Below are positions 15,805 through 24,038 of a stretch of 26,803 nucleotides of DNA, piece after piece (position 1 is the first letter of the stretch; every line of letters starts with the position of its first letter). A program made the position numbers and the translations under genes. This DNA is from Candidatus Calditenuaceae archaeon HR02 (GTDB lineage: Archaea; Thermoproteota; Nitrososphaeria_A; Caldarchaeales; Calditenuaceae). The notes below the pieces were generated by a model. The model saw only the letters and a list, made by a program, of their open reading frames with translations. It made no database searches and was not told the origin of the DNA. The DNA lies in assembly GCA_002898395.1 (NCBI GenBank), contig BEHE01000019.1, positions 1-26,803 of the forward strand, in the 5' to 3' direction.

Positions 15805-16772
15805 TACTCGTTACCGGCGCATTTGGATTCATTGGTAGCCACCTAGTTGAAAGCATCGCCAAATCCGGGAGTGAGGTAGTGGCTGTAGGCCACCCATCCC
15901 TGGGGGATCACTACCTTGACGAGCTTTTGAAGGGAGAATACGCTACTCGTATCCACCCTGTCCTAGCAGATCTCAAATCGTTTGACGCAGCTGCAAGCAT
16001 CTTCCAGAGATTTAGGCCGAGGGTTGTTTACCACCTTGCCGCAATCGCTTCTCATAGATTGAGCTTCAATGAGCCATACCTTTACCTCGATAATAACCTC
16101 CGGACTACGCTGAATGTTATTGAGGCTGCGAGGATATCTAGGGTCTCCCCTAGAATCTTATTCGCCTCGTCCAGCAGTGTGTATGGGGAGAATAGGTCTC
16201 CGCTCACCGAGGATCTTCAACCTAGGCCCAAGGGCCCCTATGCTGTCAGCAAATGGCTCTGTGAAGAGCTGGCGAAGGCCTATCACAGGGATTATAGCCT
16301 TGACGTAGTGATTGTCAGATACTTTAATGTTGTGGGTGAGAGGTGCCGCTCTAACATCGTCTTTAGGGTTTTCGCAGATAAGATATCATCTGGTCGTGAG
16401 GTCGAGGTTAATGGACGCGTGGTGGAGGGAGTATTTAGGCCGGCTGCGAGAGACTTCACCTATGTTGAGGATGTTGTCCGTGGAACGATTTTAGCCGCGG
16501 AGAAGGGCAGGTCTGGGGAGGTTTATAATCTTGGGCGTGGAGTCCCTGTCAGCGTCCTAGACGTTGCCTATGAGATGATGAGGCTCTTCGGGAGGAATGT
16601 TGAGATAATCCAGCGTGAGCTGTCCCCACATGAATCTCTAGAGGTTTACAGTGATAGTAGTAAGGCGAGGCGGGAGCTTGGCTGGGCTCCCCAGGTGGGG
16701 TTCGAGGAGATGGTTAAGCGTTTCATCGAGTGGTACAAGGCAACTTATCACCACCCACCACAGGACCTGTGA
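15789..16772 (+). CDS. NAD-dependent epimerase/dehydratase (extended SDR)
   Basis: 'LVTGAFGFIGSHL' is the Rossmann GxxGxxG motif. 'SSSSVYG' and 'YAVSKWLCE' (YxxxK) are also present. TTG start. Confidence 0.9.
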   Translation: MAAYLILVTGAFGFIGSHLVESIAKSGSEVVAVGHPSLGDHYLDELLKGEYATRIHPVLADLKSFDAAASIFQRFRPRVVYHLAAIASHRLSFNEPYLYLDNNLRTTLNVIEAARISRVSPRILFASSSSVYGENRSPLTEDLQPRPKGPYAVSKWLCEELAKAYHRDYSLDVVIVRYFNVVGERCRSNIVFRVFADKISSGREVEVNGRVVEGVFRPAARDFTYVEDVVRGTILAAEKGRSGEVYNLGRGVPVSVLDVAYEMMRLFGRNVEIIQRELSPHESLEVYSDSSKARRELGWAPQVGFEEMVKRFIEWYKATYHHPPQDL

Positions 16773-16846
16773 TTATTAATGATAGGGATCTATCCTGAGG
16801 CGGTATCCACATAAATCCCCCATAGCAATCATCCAGCTTAGACGGT

Positions 16847-18013
16847 ATGGTTTCGGTGATGACCTTTACTGGTAAGGTCAGTGGTCTAAAAGCATCCTCA
16901 CTCCACGCCCAGTATTTTGAGGAGTATGTCGCCCTCGCGGGGTATTTGGATAGAATTATCGTGGTTACAGATACTGTTGAGTATCTACCATCAGGTCTGC
17001 CCTCAAACCTCGAGGTGCGGGAGGTCGGTGTGGTAAGGTTTCCTAAGGTTTACGGGTTAACGAAGATGGTGGGGTATTGCCTCCAGCCTTTGCTGAGGAG
17101 GGTTGACGTGATTTATGTCCGGACGTTTAGCCCTCCGGAGCTGGCTTCACTCTGGGTTGGGAGTTCTCTAAGGGATTATCCATCTGTCCTCACGATTGGA
17201 GGAACCTGGCTTTTCGGAAAACCATACGAGAGGCCTGGAGTGAAGAAGTCCCTCTTCAGGTGGATCTTGAGGAGGGCTGCCTATGCGGCCTCAATGGTCA
17301 CGCTTTACTCCCGCTACATGATGCCCGAGGTGAGGTATTTTATTCCTCGGATTGATTTGGGTAGGCTTCGATTTATCCATAACTCCGTTAATGTTAAGAG
17401 GTTTAGGCCTGGCCTGCGGTCCCCGGCGGAGTGGGAAAGTGATGGGAGGCGTAGGATCTTCTGGGTCGGGCGGATAAATGAGGGTAAGGGTGTTGAGGAC
17501 TTGGTCGAGGCTTTTGCCAGGGTTGCCGGGGTGTTTAGGGATGTTGATTTGTGGATTGCGGGGACGGGTGACTGGAGGTATATCAACTATCTCAGGGGTC
17601 GGTGTAGGGGTCTCGGGGTGGCGGGGCGTGTTGTTTTTCCTGGCCCGATCCCGAATGAGGAGGTTCCGAGGTACATGGCCAATGCGGCTGTGTTTGCTTA
17701 TCCCTCGAGGGGTGGTGAGGGGATTCCTAGGGCCCTGCTTGAGGCGATGGCGTGTGGGGCAGCGGTCGTGGCATCGCGGGTCTCGGGGATACCTGAGGCG
17801 GTGATCGATGGTGAGACCGGGATGCTGGTTGGGAGGCAGGACGTGGAGGGTCTTGCGAGAGCACTCGAAATGCTGCTAGCCGATGAGGCGATGGCGCGCA
17901 GGCTGGGACGCAACGCCAGGGATAAAATCGTTAACGAGTTCAGCCACGAGGTCGTGATTCCGCAGATAGCATCGCTACTGAAGGAAGTCAGCGCCGAGAG
18001 GAGTAGATCTTGA
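16847..18013 (+). CDS. GT4-like glycosyltransferase (high-GC paralog of 7230-8393)
   Basis: 388 aa, collinear with the 7230-8393 product over its full length ('VSVMTFTGKVSGLKASSLHAQY...', 'IFWVGRINEGKGVEDL', 'PSRGGEGIPRALLEAMACGAAVVASRVSGIPEAVIDGETGMLV'). Confidence 0.85.
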   Translation: MVSVMTFTGKVSGLKASSLHAQYFEEYVALAGYLDRIIVVTDTVEYLPSGLPSNLEVREVGVVRFPKVYGLTKMVGYCLQPLLRRVDVIYVRTFSPPELASLWVGSSLRDYPSVLTIGGTWLFGKPYERPGVKKSLFRWILRRAAYAASMVTLYSRYMMPEVRYFIPRIDLGRLRFIHNSVNVKRFRPGLRSPAEWESDGRRRIFWVGRINEGKGVEDLVEAFARVAGVFRDVDLWIAGTGDWRYINYLRGRCRGLGVAGRVVFPGPIPNEEVPRYMANAAVFAYPSRGGEGIPRALLEAMACGAAVVASRVSGIPEAVIDGETGMLVGRQDVEGLARALEMLLADEAMARRLGRNARDKIVNEFSHEVVIPQIASLLKEVSAERSRS

Positions 18014-18953
18014 TGTAGGCCTCGGCGTATCGCCTAACAGCCTTCTCCCACTCGAACTCCCTAGCCACGATCTCTCTCCCCCTCCGCCCCATTTCCTCCC
18101 GGAGCCCAGCATCGCTGAGCAGAGCTGACACGTGCTCCGCGACCTCCGCCGGGTCTCTCTTCCTGACGATGAAGACCTCACGGCCGTGCGTGAAGACCTC
18201 GGGGACCAGACCGACCGCCGTCGAGACGAAGGGTGTCTGGCAGGCTGCGGCCTCGAAGACGGTTCTGGGGCCTCCTTCGTGGTGTGATGTGCAGACGAAG
18301 ACCGCGGCCTCGTTGTAGTGTCTTACAAGCTCGTCGAGACCTACCCACCCGTAAAACCTAACCACGGACCCGACCCCCAGCCTATCGGCCAGGCGCTTTA
18401 GCCGCTCTTTCTCAGGACCATCACCAACAATCCTGACCTCCACTCCCCGGAAATCCCTAGCCAGCAGGGGCACAGCCTCGATGAGGAGCTCCAGCCCTTT
18501 CTGTGGAACAAGACGGGCTACCGTCAATACAGTAAGGCGCCTAGAAGTGTGTGGGATGAATGGCTTAAAGATGTTTAATTTTATGTAAACCGACGGAATA
18601 ACTAGGACGTTTCTGACACCCATCTTTCCGAGACTCGATGCTATCTGCCTGCTGACGGCCCTGACGAAGTTGGCTTGCTTCAGTATGAGTCTCGCTGCCA
18701 TGCGGTCTTTTGGCGGTAGGAAGCCGGTCTCGAGGTAATTGCTGTGGACCTCGCATATCATGGTAGCTCCCGATAGCTTGGCCTGCATTAGTGCGGGTAG
18801 GCCGACTCTTAGTGTGGGTTCTTGGGCTATAACGAGGTCGTATCTCCTTGGCCTTGGTAGGTGTAGGCCGTTTGAGAGCTCGACCTCCCCCCAATACCTC
18901 CGCAGGTCGTCGAGGGCCACGGACGGCCTTCTCCCGACCATCAGCACCCTCAA
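17988..18953 (-). CDS. GT4-like glycosyltransferase (intact paralog of 6233-7194)
   Basis: 321 aa. Carries 'TVARLVPQKGLELLIEAV', 'VRFYGWVGLDELVRHYNEAAVFVCTSHHEGGPRTVFEAAAC'. Its 3' end overlaps the convergent gene by 26 nt. Confidence 0.85.
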   Translation of the reverse strand: MRVLMVGRRPSVALDDLRRYWGEVELSNGLHLPRPRRYDLVIAQEPTLRVGLPALMQAKLSGATMICEVHSNYLETGFLPPKDRMAARLILKQANFVRAVSRQIASSLGKMGVRNVLVIPSVYIKLNIFKPFIPHTSRRLTVLTVARLVPQKGLELLIEAVPLLARDFRGVEVRIVGDGPEKERLKRLADRLGVGSVVRFYGWVGLDELVRHYNEAAVFVCTSHHEGGPRTVFEAAACQTPFVSTAVGLVPEVFTHGREVFIVRKRDPAEVAEHVSALLSDAGLREEMGRRGREIVAREFEWEKAVRRYAEAYIKIYSSRR

Positions 18954-19090
18954 TCCCGGTCTCTCCAGCAGAGATAGTTGATACGGAGTTATGTGTTTCG
19001 CTCTGGGGGCGTCTATGGTTGAGAGACGTCTAGTAAAGCCTCATGCTAGTTTCGTGATGCTTATTTAGGCCGGGGCAATCTGTTCACGCG

Positions 19091-19879
19091 GTGATTGAGA
19101 GGCTTTCTACCGGTGTCGCGGGCATTGACGGGTTGCTTGAGGGTGGTGTCCCGAGGGGGTTCTTTGTCGCGGTTACTGGTGAGCCTGGTTGTGGGAAGAC
19201 GGTCTTCTGTATTCATTTTGTTGCTCGTGGAGTTGAGGAGGGCGACAGGTGTGTTTATGTGACGACGGAGGAGGCTGCTGAGTCTATTGTCAGGCAGGCC
19301 CAGCTCTTCAACATTGATTTCAGGTCGGCCATCGACTCTGGGAGGCTATTGATTATCGACGCCTTCTCCGGTGGCTCTGATAGGTGGGCGTTGGGAAGGC
19401 TTGAGGTGGAGGATCTCCTCGAGAAGGTTATCGAGGCTAAGAAGGAGCTGGGCTATGGGAGGGCGCGCCTTGTCATCGACTCTATGTCCGCCTTCTGGCT
19501 CGACAGGCCCGCCATGGCCCGGAGGTATTCCTACATGGTGAAGAAGGTTTTGGGCAAGTGGGATTTCACTGCGCTAGCCGTGAGCCAGTATGCTATCACC
19601 ACTTCTGAGGCGTTCGGCTTCGGAATCGAGCACGTCGCCGACGGGATTATCCGGTTTAGGAGGGCGGTTAGGGGCGGTGTTTTGAGGAGGTATGTCCTAG
19701 TCGAGAAGATGAGGCAGACTAATCACAGCCTGATGATGCATCTAGTCGAGATTCATCCAGGTAAGGGGATGGTTATCGGTCAGCCGGCTGGGGTTGGGAG
19801 GGAGGACGTTGCGCTCCCCGGGGAGGTGTCGAGGAGGGTTCTGAGGGCTAAGAGGAGGGCCGAGGGGGAGGCTCCCTAG
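19091..19879 (+). CDS. KaiC-like / RecA-superfamily single-domain ATPase
   Basis: 262 aa. 'GIDGLLEGGVPRGFFVAVTGEPGCGKTVF' contains Walker A, and 'RLVIDSMSAF' is Walker B-like. GTG start. Confidence 0.8.
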   Translation: MIERLSTGVAGIDGLLEGGVPRGFFVAVTGEPGCGKTVFCIHFVARGVEEGDRCVYVTTEEAAESIVRQAQLFNIDFRSAIDSGRLLIIDAFSGGSDRWALGRLEVEDLLEKVIEAKKELGYGRARLVIDSMSAFWLDRPAMARRYSYMVKKVLGKWDFTALAVSQYAITTSEAFGFGIEHVADGIIRFRRAVRGGVLRRYVLVEKMRQTNHSLMMHLVEIHPGKGMVIGQPAGVGREDVALPGEVSRRVLRAKRRAEGEAP

Positions 19880-19882
19880 CAG

Positions 19883-20728
19883 CTACAGGGCCCGCCTGGT
19901 CACGTCGGATCTTGCCAGCCTTATCAGGGCGGCGGCGCAGAATGCTGCTGTGTAGAGTGCGATGTTCAGGGCGGCCTGCCAGGTCTCGACGAAGGCGGGG
20001 GTTGGGGCGGTCCCCAGTGTGGGTATTAGGGCGAGCATGGGTAGCTGGCTCTGGATGTATGTTGAGGTTAGGCGTGTGGCTCCCCACGTGGGCAGGAGCC
20101 TCGCCGCGTCCGCTAATGCCTGGTCTGGAGTGAAGAATGTTACTATCGAGATGTAGAACTCGGTGATTAGGGATGCGAAGAAGCCTAGCGCGGCGATTAT
20201 GGTTGCGAACATGCTTCTCCTGAGGAGCTCGCCTGCGGCTAGGCCTATGAAGAGGAAGGCAAGGGCTGAATATATTGTGTGGAGGGTGGTGGGAGCTACT
20301 AGGTCGAGCCTCTGCTGGGGCCCGAATATCCATGTTGAGAGGGCTAGTGCGAGTGATGTGTAGGTTGTAACGATAAGGGCTGTGAAGGCTATGCTCCCCG
20401 CCGTCTTGCCGATGAAGTATTCGAGGCGTGTCAGGGGCTTGGTGAGCCAGAAGTCGGCAGTCCCCATCTCATACTCCTCGGAGAAGGCTGAGGCGCCTAT
20501 CGTCAGGGCGAGCACGTGTACTAGGAGTGTGGAGGGGACGAGAACGCCGATTATCCACGCGTAGCCCTGTATCTGGGCTGTGAGGGTAGCTGGGAGGCGC
20601 GTCAGGACGAGGTATAGGCCGGCCTCTGCGAGAAAGATGAGGGCGACTAGTAGGATTATTCGCCGCCTCGCCACCGCCCTCCTCAACTCGTAGAGGATGA
20701 GCGTGGAAATGGCTCTACCCGCCCGCAT
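19883..20728 (-). CDS. ABC-2 type transporter permease
   Basis: 281 aa with about 6 hydrophobic segments. Overlaps the upstream ATPase gene by 14 nt. Confidence 0.7.
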   Translation of the reverse strand: MRAGRAISTLILYELRRAVARRRIILLVALIFLAEAGLYLVLTRLPATLTAQIQGYAWIIGVLVPSTLLVHVLALTIGASAFSEEYEMGTADFWLTKPLTRLEYFIGKTAGSIAFTALIVTTYTSLALALSTWIFGPQQRLDLVAPTTLHTIYSALAFLFIGLAAGELLRRSMFATIIAALGFFASLITEFYISIVTFFTPDQALADAARLLPTWGATRLTSTYIQSQLPMLALIPTLGTAPTPAFVETWQAALNIALYTAAFCAAALIRLARSDVTRRAL

Positions 20729-21665
20729 GCCTCCTCACAACCTCCATGAATAGTTCCTCGAGCGTCTTATTGACCGTCTCGAGCCTCAGCAAGCCAGCAC
20801 CCGACCTGACAAGGGCCTCAGAGAGCGCCTCCCTACCGTCCACGCCGTCGAACTCGACCCTAATGATCGAGCCCTCGATGCTGACTCTACTTACACCCTC
20901 CAGCGACTCGAGGAGTGCAGGGTTGACGAGCTGGGGCCTCATGACCTCAGCCTCCACCCTAATAACCCTGGGCCCTTGGGAGAGGAGCTCCCCCACGTCA
21001 CCCTCTACGGCAACCTTCCCGCGATATATCACGCCGACCCTGTCTGCGACGCGTTCAAGCTCCAGCAGCTCGTGGGTTGAGAAGAGGATTGTCTTGCCCG
21101 ACCTCCTGAGCTCGAGGAAGATCTCCCGCATCTGGAACCGCGCGGCCGGGTCTACGCCGAGCATTGGCTCATCGAGTATCAATATCTCCGGGTCTCCCAC
21201 CAAGGCCTGTGCGACTGAGAGCCTCTGGAGCATGCCCTTGCTGTATCCGCCTACCTTTCTGTTGGCGTGGGAGACTATGCCCGTCAAGTCTAGGACCCGT
21301 GCAACCTCCCTCCGAAGTTCTTCACCGCTCAGGCCCTTAAGCTCCGCCGCGACTCTAACCACGTCACGCCCGGTCAGAAATGGCGGGAAGGAGGGTAATT
21401 CCTGCGAGTAGCCGACCATCCTCATAAGCTCTTTAGGCTGTGTGGTGGGGTCGAGGCCGGCGATGCTGACGTGGCCGCCGCTAGGACGCTGGAGCCCAAG
21501 CATGCACCTTATCGTAGTGGTCTTTCCCGAGCCGTTGGGCCCCACAAACCCGTAAATCTGCCCACGCCCAGCGGAGAGCGAGATAGGCCCGACCGTAACA
21601 CCGTCCCGATACCGCTTATACAAGTCCACAACCTCGATAAACCACCCCGCCAAGCACCACTCCAC
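20715..21665 (-). CDS. ABC transporter ATP-binding protein (ABC-2 exporter type)
   Basis: 'GPNGSGKTT' (Walker A), 'YSKGMLQRLSVAQAL' (signature), 'ILILDEP' (Walker B), 'FSTHEL' (H-loop). Confidence 0.9.
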   Translation of the reverse strand: MEWCLAGWFIEVVDLYKRYRDGVTVGPISLSAGRGQIYGFVGPNGSGKTTTIRCMLGLQRPSGGHVSIAGLDPTTQPKELMRMVGYSQELPSFPPFLTGRDVVRVAAELKGLSGEELRREVARVLDLTGIVSHANRKVGGYSKGMLQRLSVAQALVGDPEILILDEPMLGVDPAARFQMREIFLELRRSGKTILFSTHELLELERVADRVGVIYRGKVAVEGDVGELLSQGPRVIRVEAEVMRPQLVNPALLESLEGVSRVSIEGSIIRVEFDGVDGREALSEALVRSGAGLLRLETVNKTLEELFMEVVRRHAGG

Positions 21666-21678
21666 TCCTCAGGGAGTC

Positions 21679-22590
21679 CTACACGTAGTATGGCTTCCTC
21701 TCCACGCCCCTCTCAACCGAGCTCCTCTTCCTTCTGATCAAGGCCGGCGCAGCAGCCGCGACCACTAGCGCTGCAACGCCTAGGGAGACAACTGCCACAC
21801 CCCTCCAGAAATACTCACCCGAGGAGATGGCTGCTGGGGGCTCAGACACCCGGCTTGAGGAGGACGCCTCCGCGGCTCCACCGCCTAATGCCATGAGTGG
21901 CATCAAGGTGGCGTCAAGCTCCACCGGGCTACCGGTGAATGCCCGTAGATAGTTGCTGAACAACTGGGCGCTGTGTGACTGGCGGACCTGGAAGGACGCA
22001 AGGTCTATGTTGGTGTCCGTGAGCTGTAGGAAAAGCCGCCCCGATGAGCCGGAGCCGGTAGTGAAGGATGCCTCAGCCCTGTAGAAGACGCCGGAGCCAT
22101 TCACCAGCTCCAAGACGCCGGATAGAGCCGCCTCTCCCCCCTCACCGTCCTCTTCCATATGCGTCACAGTCAAGCCAATAGAATAGATGTTTACAAGGTA
22201 GCTCCGCCCACCCACCTCTACGACCTCCGAGCCCCTCCCCTCGACGCTCAACGAGAACGAGACGTTCTCGCGGACGTATGTGAAGCGCCCCTCGGAGAGC
22301 ATAGGACACCGCGGAATGATGAAAAAGCTCTCGGGAACATCTTTCTCAAGCGTCGCTACCCCATCGTTGAAAGAAAGCTCCAGCCTCAGCCTCACAGACC
22401 CATTAACAGGCCCGCGTACAACCTCCTCCCTAAACACACCCACCACAGACCGCTCACCATAAACAAGCTCGTACCGGTAAACGATGTAGTCACCAGCCCT
22501 CAGCTCTGGACCTGAAAACTCCGAGCCAACCAAGATAGAAAGGACAGAGACTAGAATCCCCACAACCGCGAGAACGCGCATAACTAACAA
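21679..22590 (-). CDS. hypothetical extracellular protein with N-terminal signal/anchor and C-terminal TM anchor
   Basis: 303 aa. The N-terminus 'MRVLAVVGILVSVLSILVG' is hydrophobic. The C-terminus 'GVAVVSLGVAALVVAAAAPALIRRKRS' is a TM segment with a basic tail. Three N-x-S/T sequons (NGS, NVS, NGS). Lies 13 nt upstream of the ABC ATPase gene. Confidence 0.55.
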   Translation of the reverse strand: MLVMRVLAVVGILVSVLSILVGSEFSGPELRAGDYIVYRYELVYGERSVVGVFREEVVRGPVNGSVRLRLELSFNDGVATLEKDVPESFFIIPRCPMLSEGRFTYVRENVSFSLSVEGRGSEVVEVGGRSYLVNIYSIGLTVTHMEEDGEGGEAALSGVLELVNGSGVFYRAEASFTTGSGSSGRLFLQLTDTNIDLASFQVRQSHSAQLFSNYLRAFTGSPVELDATLMPLMALGGGAAEASSSSRVSEPPAAISSGEYFWRGVAVVSLGVAALVVAAAAPALIRRKRSSVERGVERKPYYV

Positions 22591-22653
22591 ATTCTGCCCA
22601 CCCTATATATACCTGCAGTCAGCAAAGCTCACCCTTAACACCCCACACCCTCA

Positions 22654-23505
22654 CTACCCTCGAATAATCACCTCAACCGAGAAATCCCCATGGACGGCTG
22701 AAAGCTTTCTCTGAATAGCCTTGAGAAGCCCACGGTCAATCTCGTATCCGATACTATTTCTCCCAAGCTCCATCGCAACCTTCATCGTCGTCCCCGTTCC
22801 TAGGAAGGGGTCGAGGACCGTGTCACCAACAACGGAGAACATCCTTATCAGCTTACGCGGAATAGACTCGGGGAAGACAGCCGCCCTCCGCGCCAACCCA
22901 TCAACACTCTGCCTAGCCGCCCCATCGGTCCAGATCTGTGTGAACCAGCTGTCCCGCTCGCGCTTAGTGAACCTGCTCTCATACCGCTTATCATCGCGAG
23001 GCCTGAACCTCCTTAAACCACCTTTCCTGAATATGAGGATGAACTCGCAGTCAAGTGTGACGTAGGCGTTGGGTGGGAGGAAGCCTGAGCCGAGGAAGGC
23101 GGCCTTCCCCTTATACCTAGGCTTTGTGGTCGGCTTCTTCCAGAGAATATATGGTAGGGTCCTGAAGCCTATTCTCTCGCAGATCTCGATGACGCGGGCA
23201 TGGTTTGGGTAGACCCTGAACTCACCATCAACCGTCCTCGCGGCGTCACCAATATTGATGCAGGCAATCCCGCCCCTCACCAGAACCCTATAGCACTCCC
23301 TCCAAACACCCGCAAGATACTCGTGCATATCATCGAAGCCCCTACACCCCACACTCCTGAAAAACCCATCCCATATCCTGATCATAGGGTAGGGGGGAGA
23401 CGTCACGACGAGGTGGACACTCTCATCACCCAACTCCACCATCTCACGGCTATCACCAATAACCACCCTATGCAAAGTCAAACCCCAACTCCAAAAAGAA
23501 AACAC
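22654..23505 (-). CDS. beta-class N4/N6 DNA methyltransferase (SPPY type), no adjacent endonuclease
   Basis: 'VVTSPPYPM' (motif IV) precedes 'VLDPFLGTGTTMKVAMELGRNSIGYEID' (motif I / AdoMet binding). The start is uncertain: GTG at 23505, or internal TTG/GTG codons. Confidence 0.85.
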   Translation of the reverse strand: MFSFWSWGLTLHRVVIGDSREMVELGDESVHLVVTSPPYPMIRIWDGFFRSVGCRGFDDMHEYLAGVWRECYRVLVRGGIACINIGDAARTVDGEFRVYPNHARVIEICERIGFRTLPYILWKKPTTKPRYKGKAAFLGSGFLPPNAYVTLDCEFILIFRKGGLRRFRPRDDKRYESRFTKRERDSWFTQIWTDGAARQSVDGLARRAAVFPESIPRKLIRMFSVVGDTVLDPFLGTGTTMKVAMELGRNSIGYEIDRGLLKAIQRKLSAVHGDFSVEVIIRG

Positions 23506-23626
23506 ACCGACAACCTAGATAAATTCTTTAAAGACTCTAACAACAACCGGCGCTATAGTGTTCTCTCCCACCTATATCTCCACAAATATCCTCTGATTAT
23601 TATGGTCCCCCGCTCATTAGGTTAAA

Positions 23627-23700
23627 GGGGAAGGCTAGAGACTAAAAGGGTCTTCTCTGGAGGTATAGAAGACCAGTTCCTACTAGCCTTTAGACCCCCC
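23627..23700. repeat. two-tier nested hairpin in an ORF-free spacer
   Basis: Outer stem AAGGCTAG (23631-23638) / CTAGCCTT (23683-23690). Inner stem GGTCTTCT (23649-23656) / AGAAGACC (23667-23674). GGGG (23627-23630) could pair with the C-run at 23695-23700. Confidence 0.5.
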
Positions 23701-24038
23701 TTCGCACTCTCCCTAATACCCGAGATCAAGGGCCAGAAACCAAAATTCATCTATCCAGACAACCCCTAGGGGACTCGGACAAAGAGCGGAGAAATAGGAA
23801 TAATAGAGTACCTCGCGACATACCTATAAAAATTCAGATATAAAATATACATCATCTATGCCGGCGGCCTAAAGAGGCAGATAAAAAACGCAATCACCTA
23901 TAAGATGGGCTTGCCATCGAGGATCCTATGTATCCCTTAAACAAGCTATACCAATCTGTAAATGAACTTAGCTCCCTCGACAAAATCTGGTTCGCTATTC
24001 CTGCAACCTTTTCTCTTAATGGACATGGTCTCACTTAA

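Noticed and set aside
6346-18953. The idea that the two inverted GT modules currently mediate inversion of the 8.4 kb core by homologous recombination.
   Set aside because: In the best-conserved block I compared, the longest exact nucleotide match was 8 nt. The copies are too diverged at synonymous sites for efficient homologous recombination.
21231-21245. A non-canonical ABC signature, 'YSKGM' instead of 'LSGGQ'.
   Set aside because: To my knowledge, S-K-G-M-type signatures are common in ABC-2 exporter ATPases. This is not evidence of inactivation.
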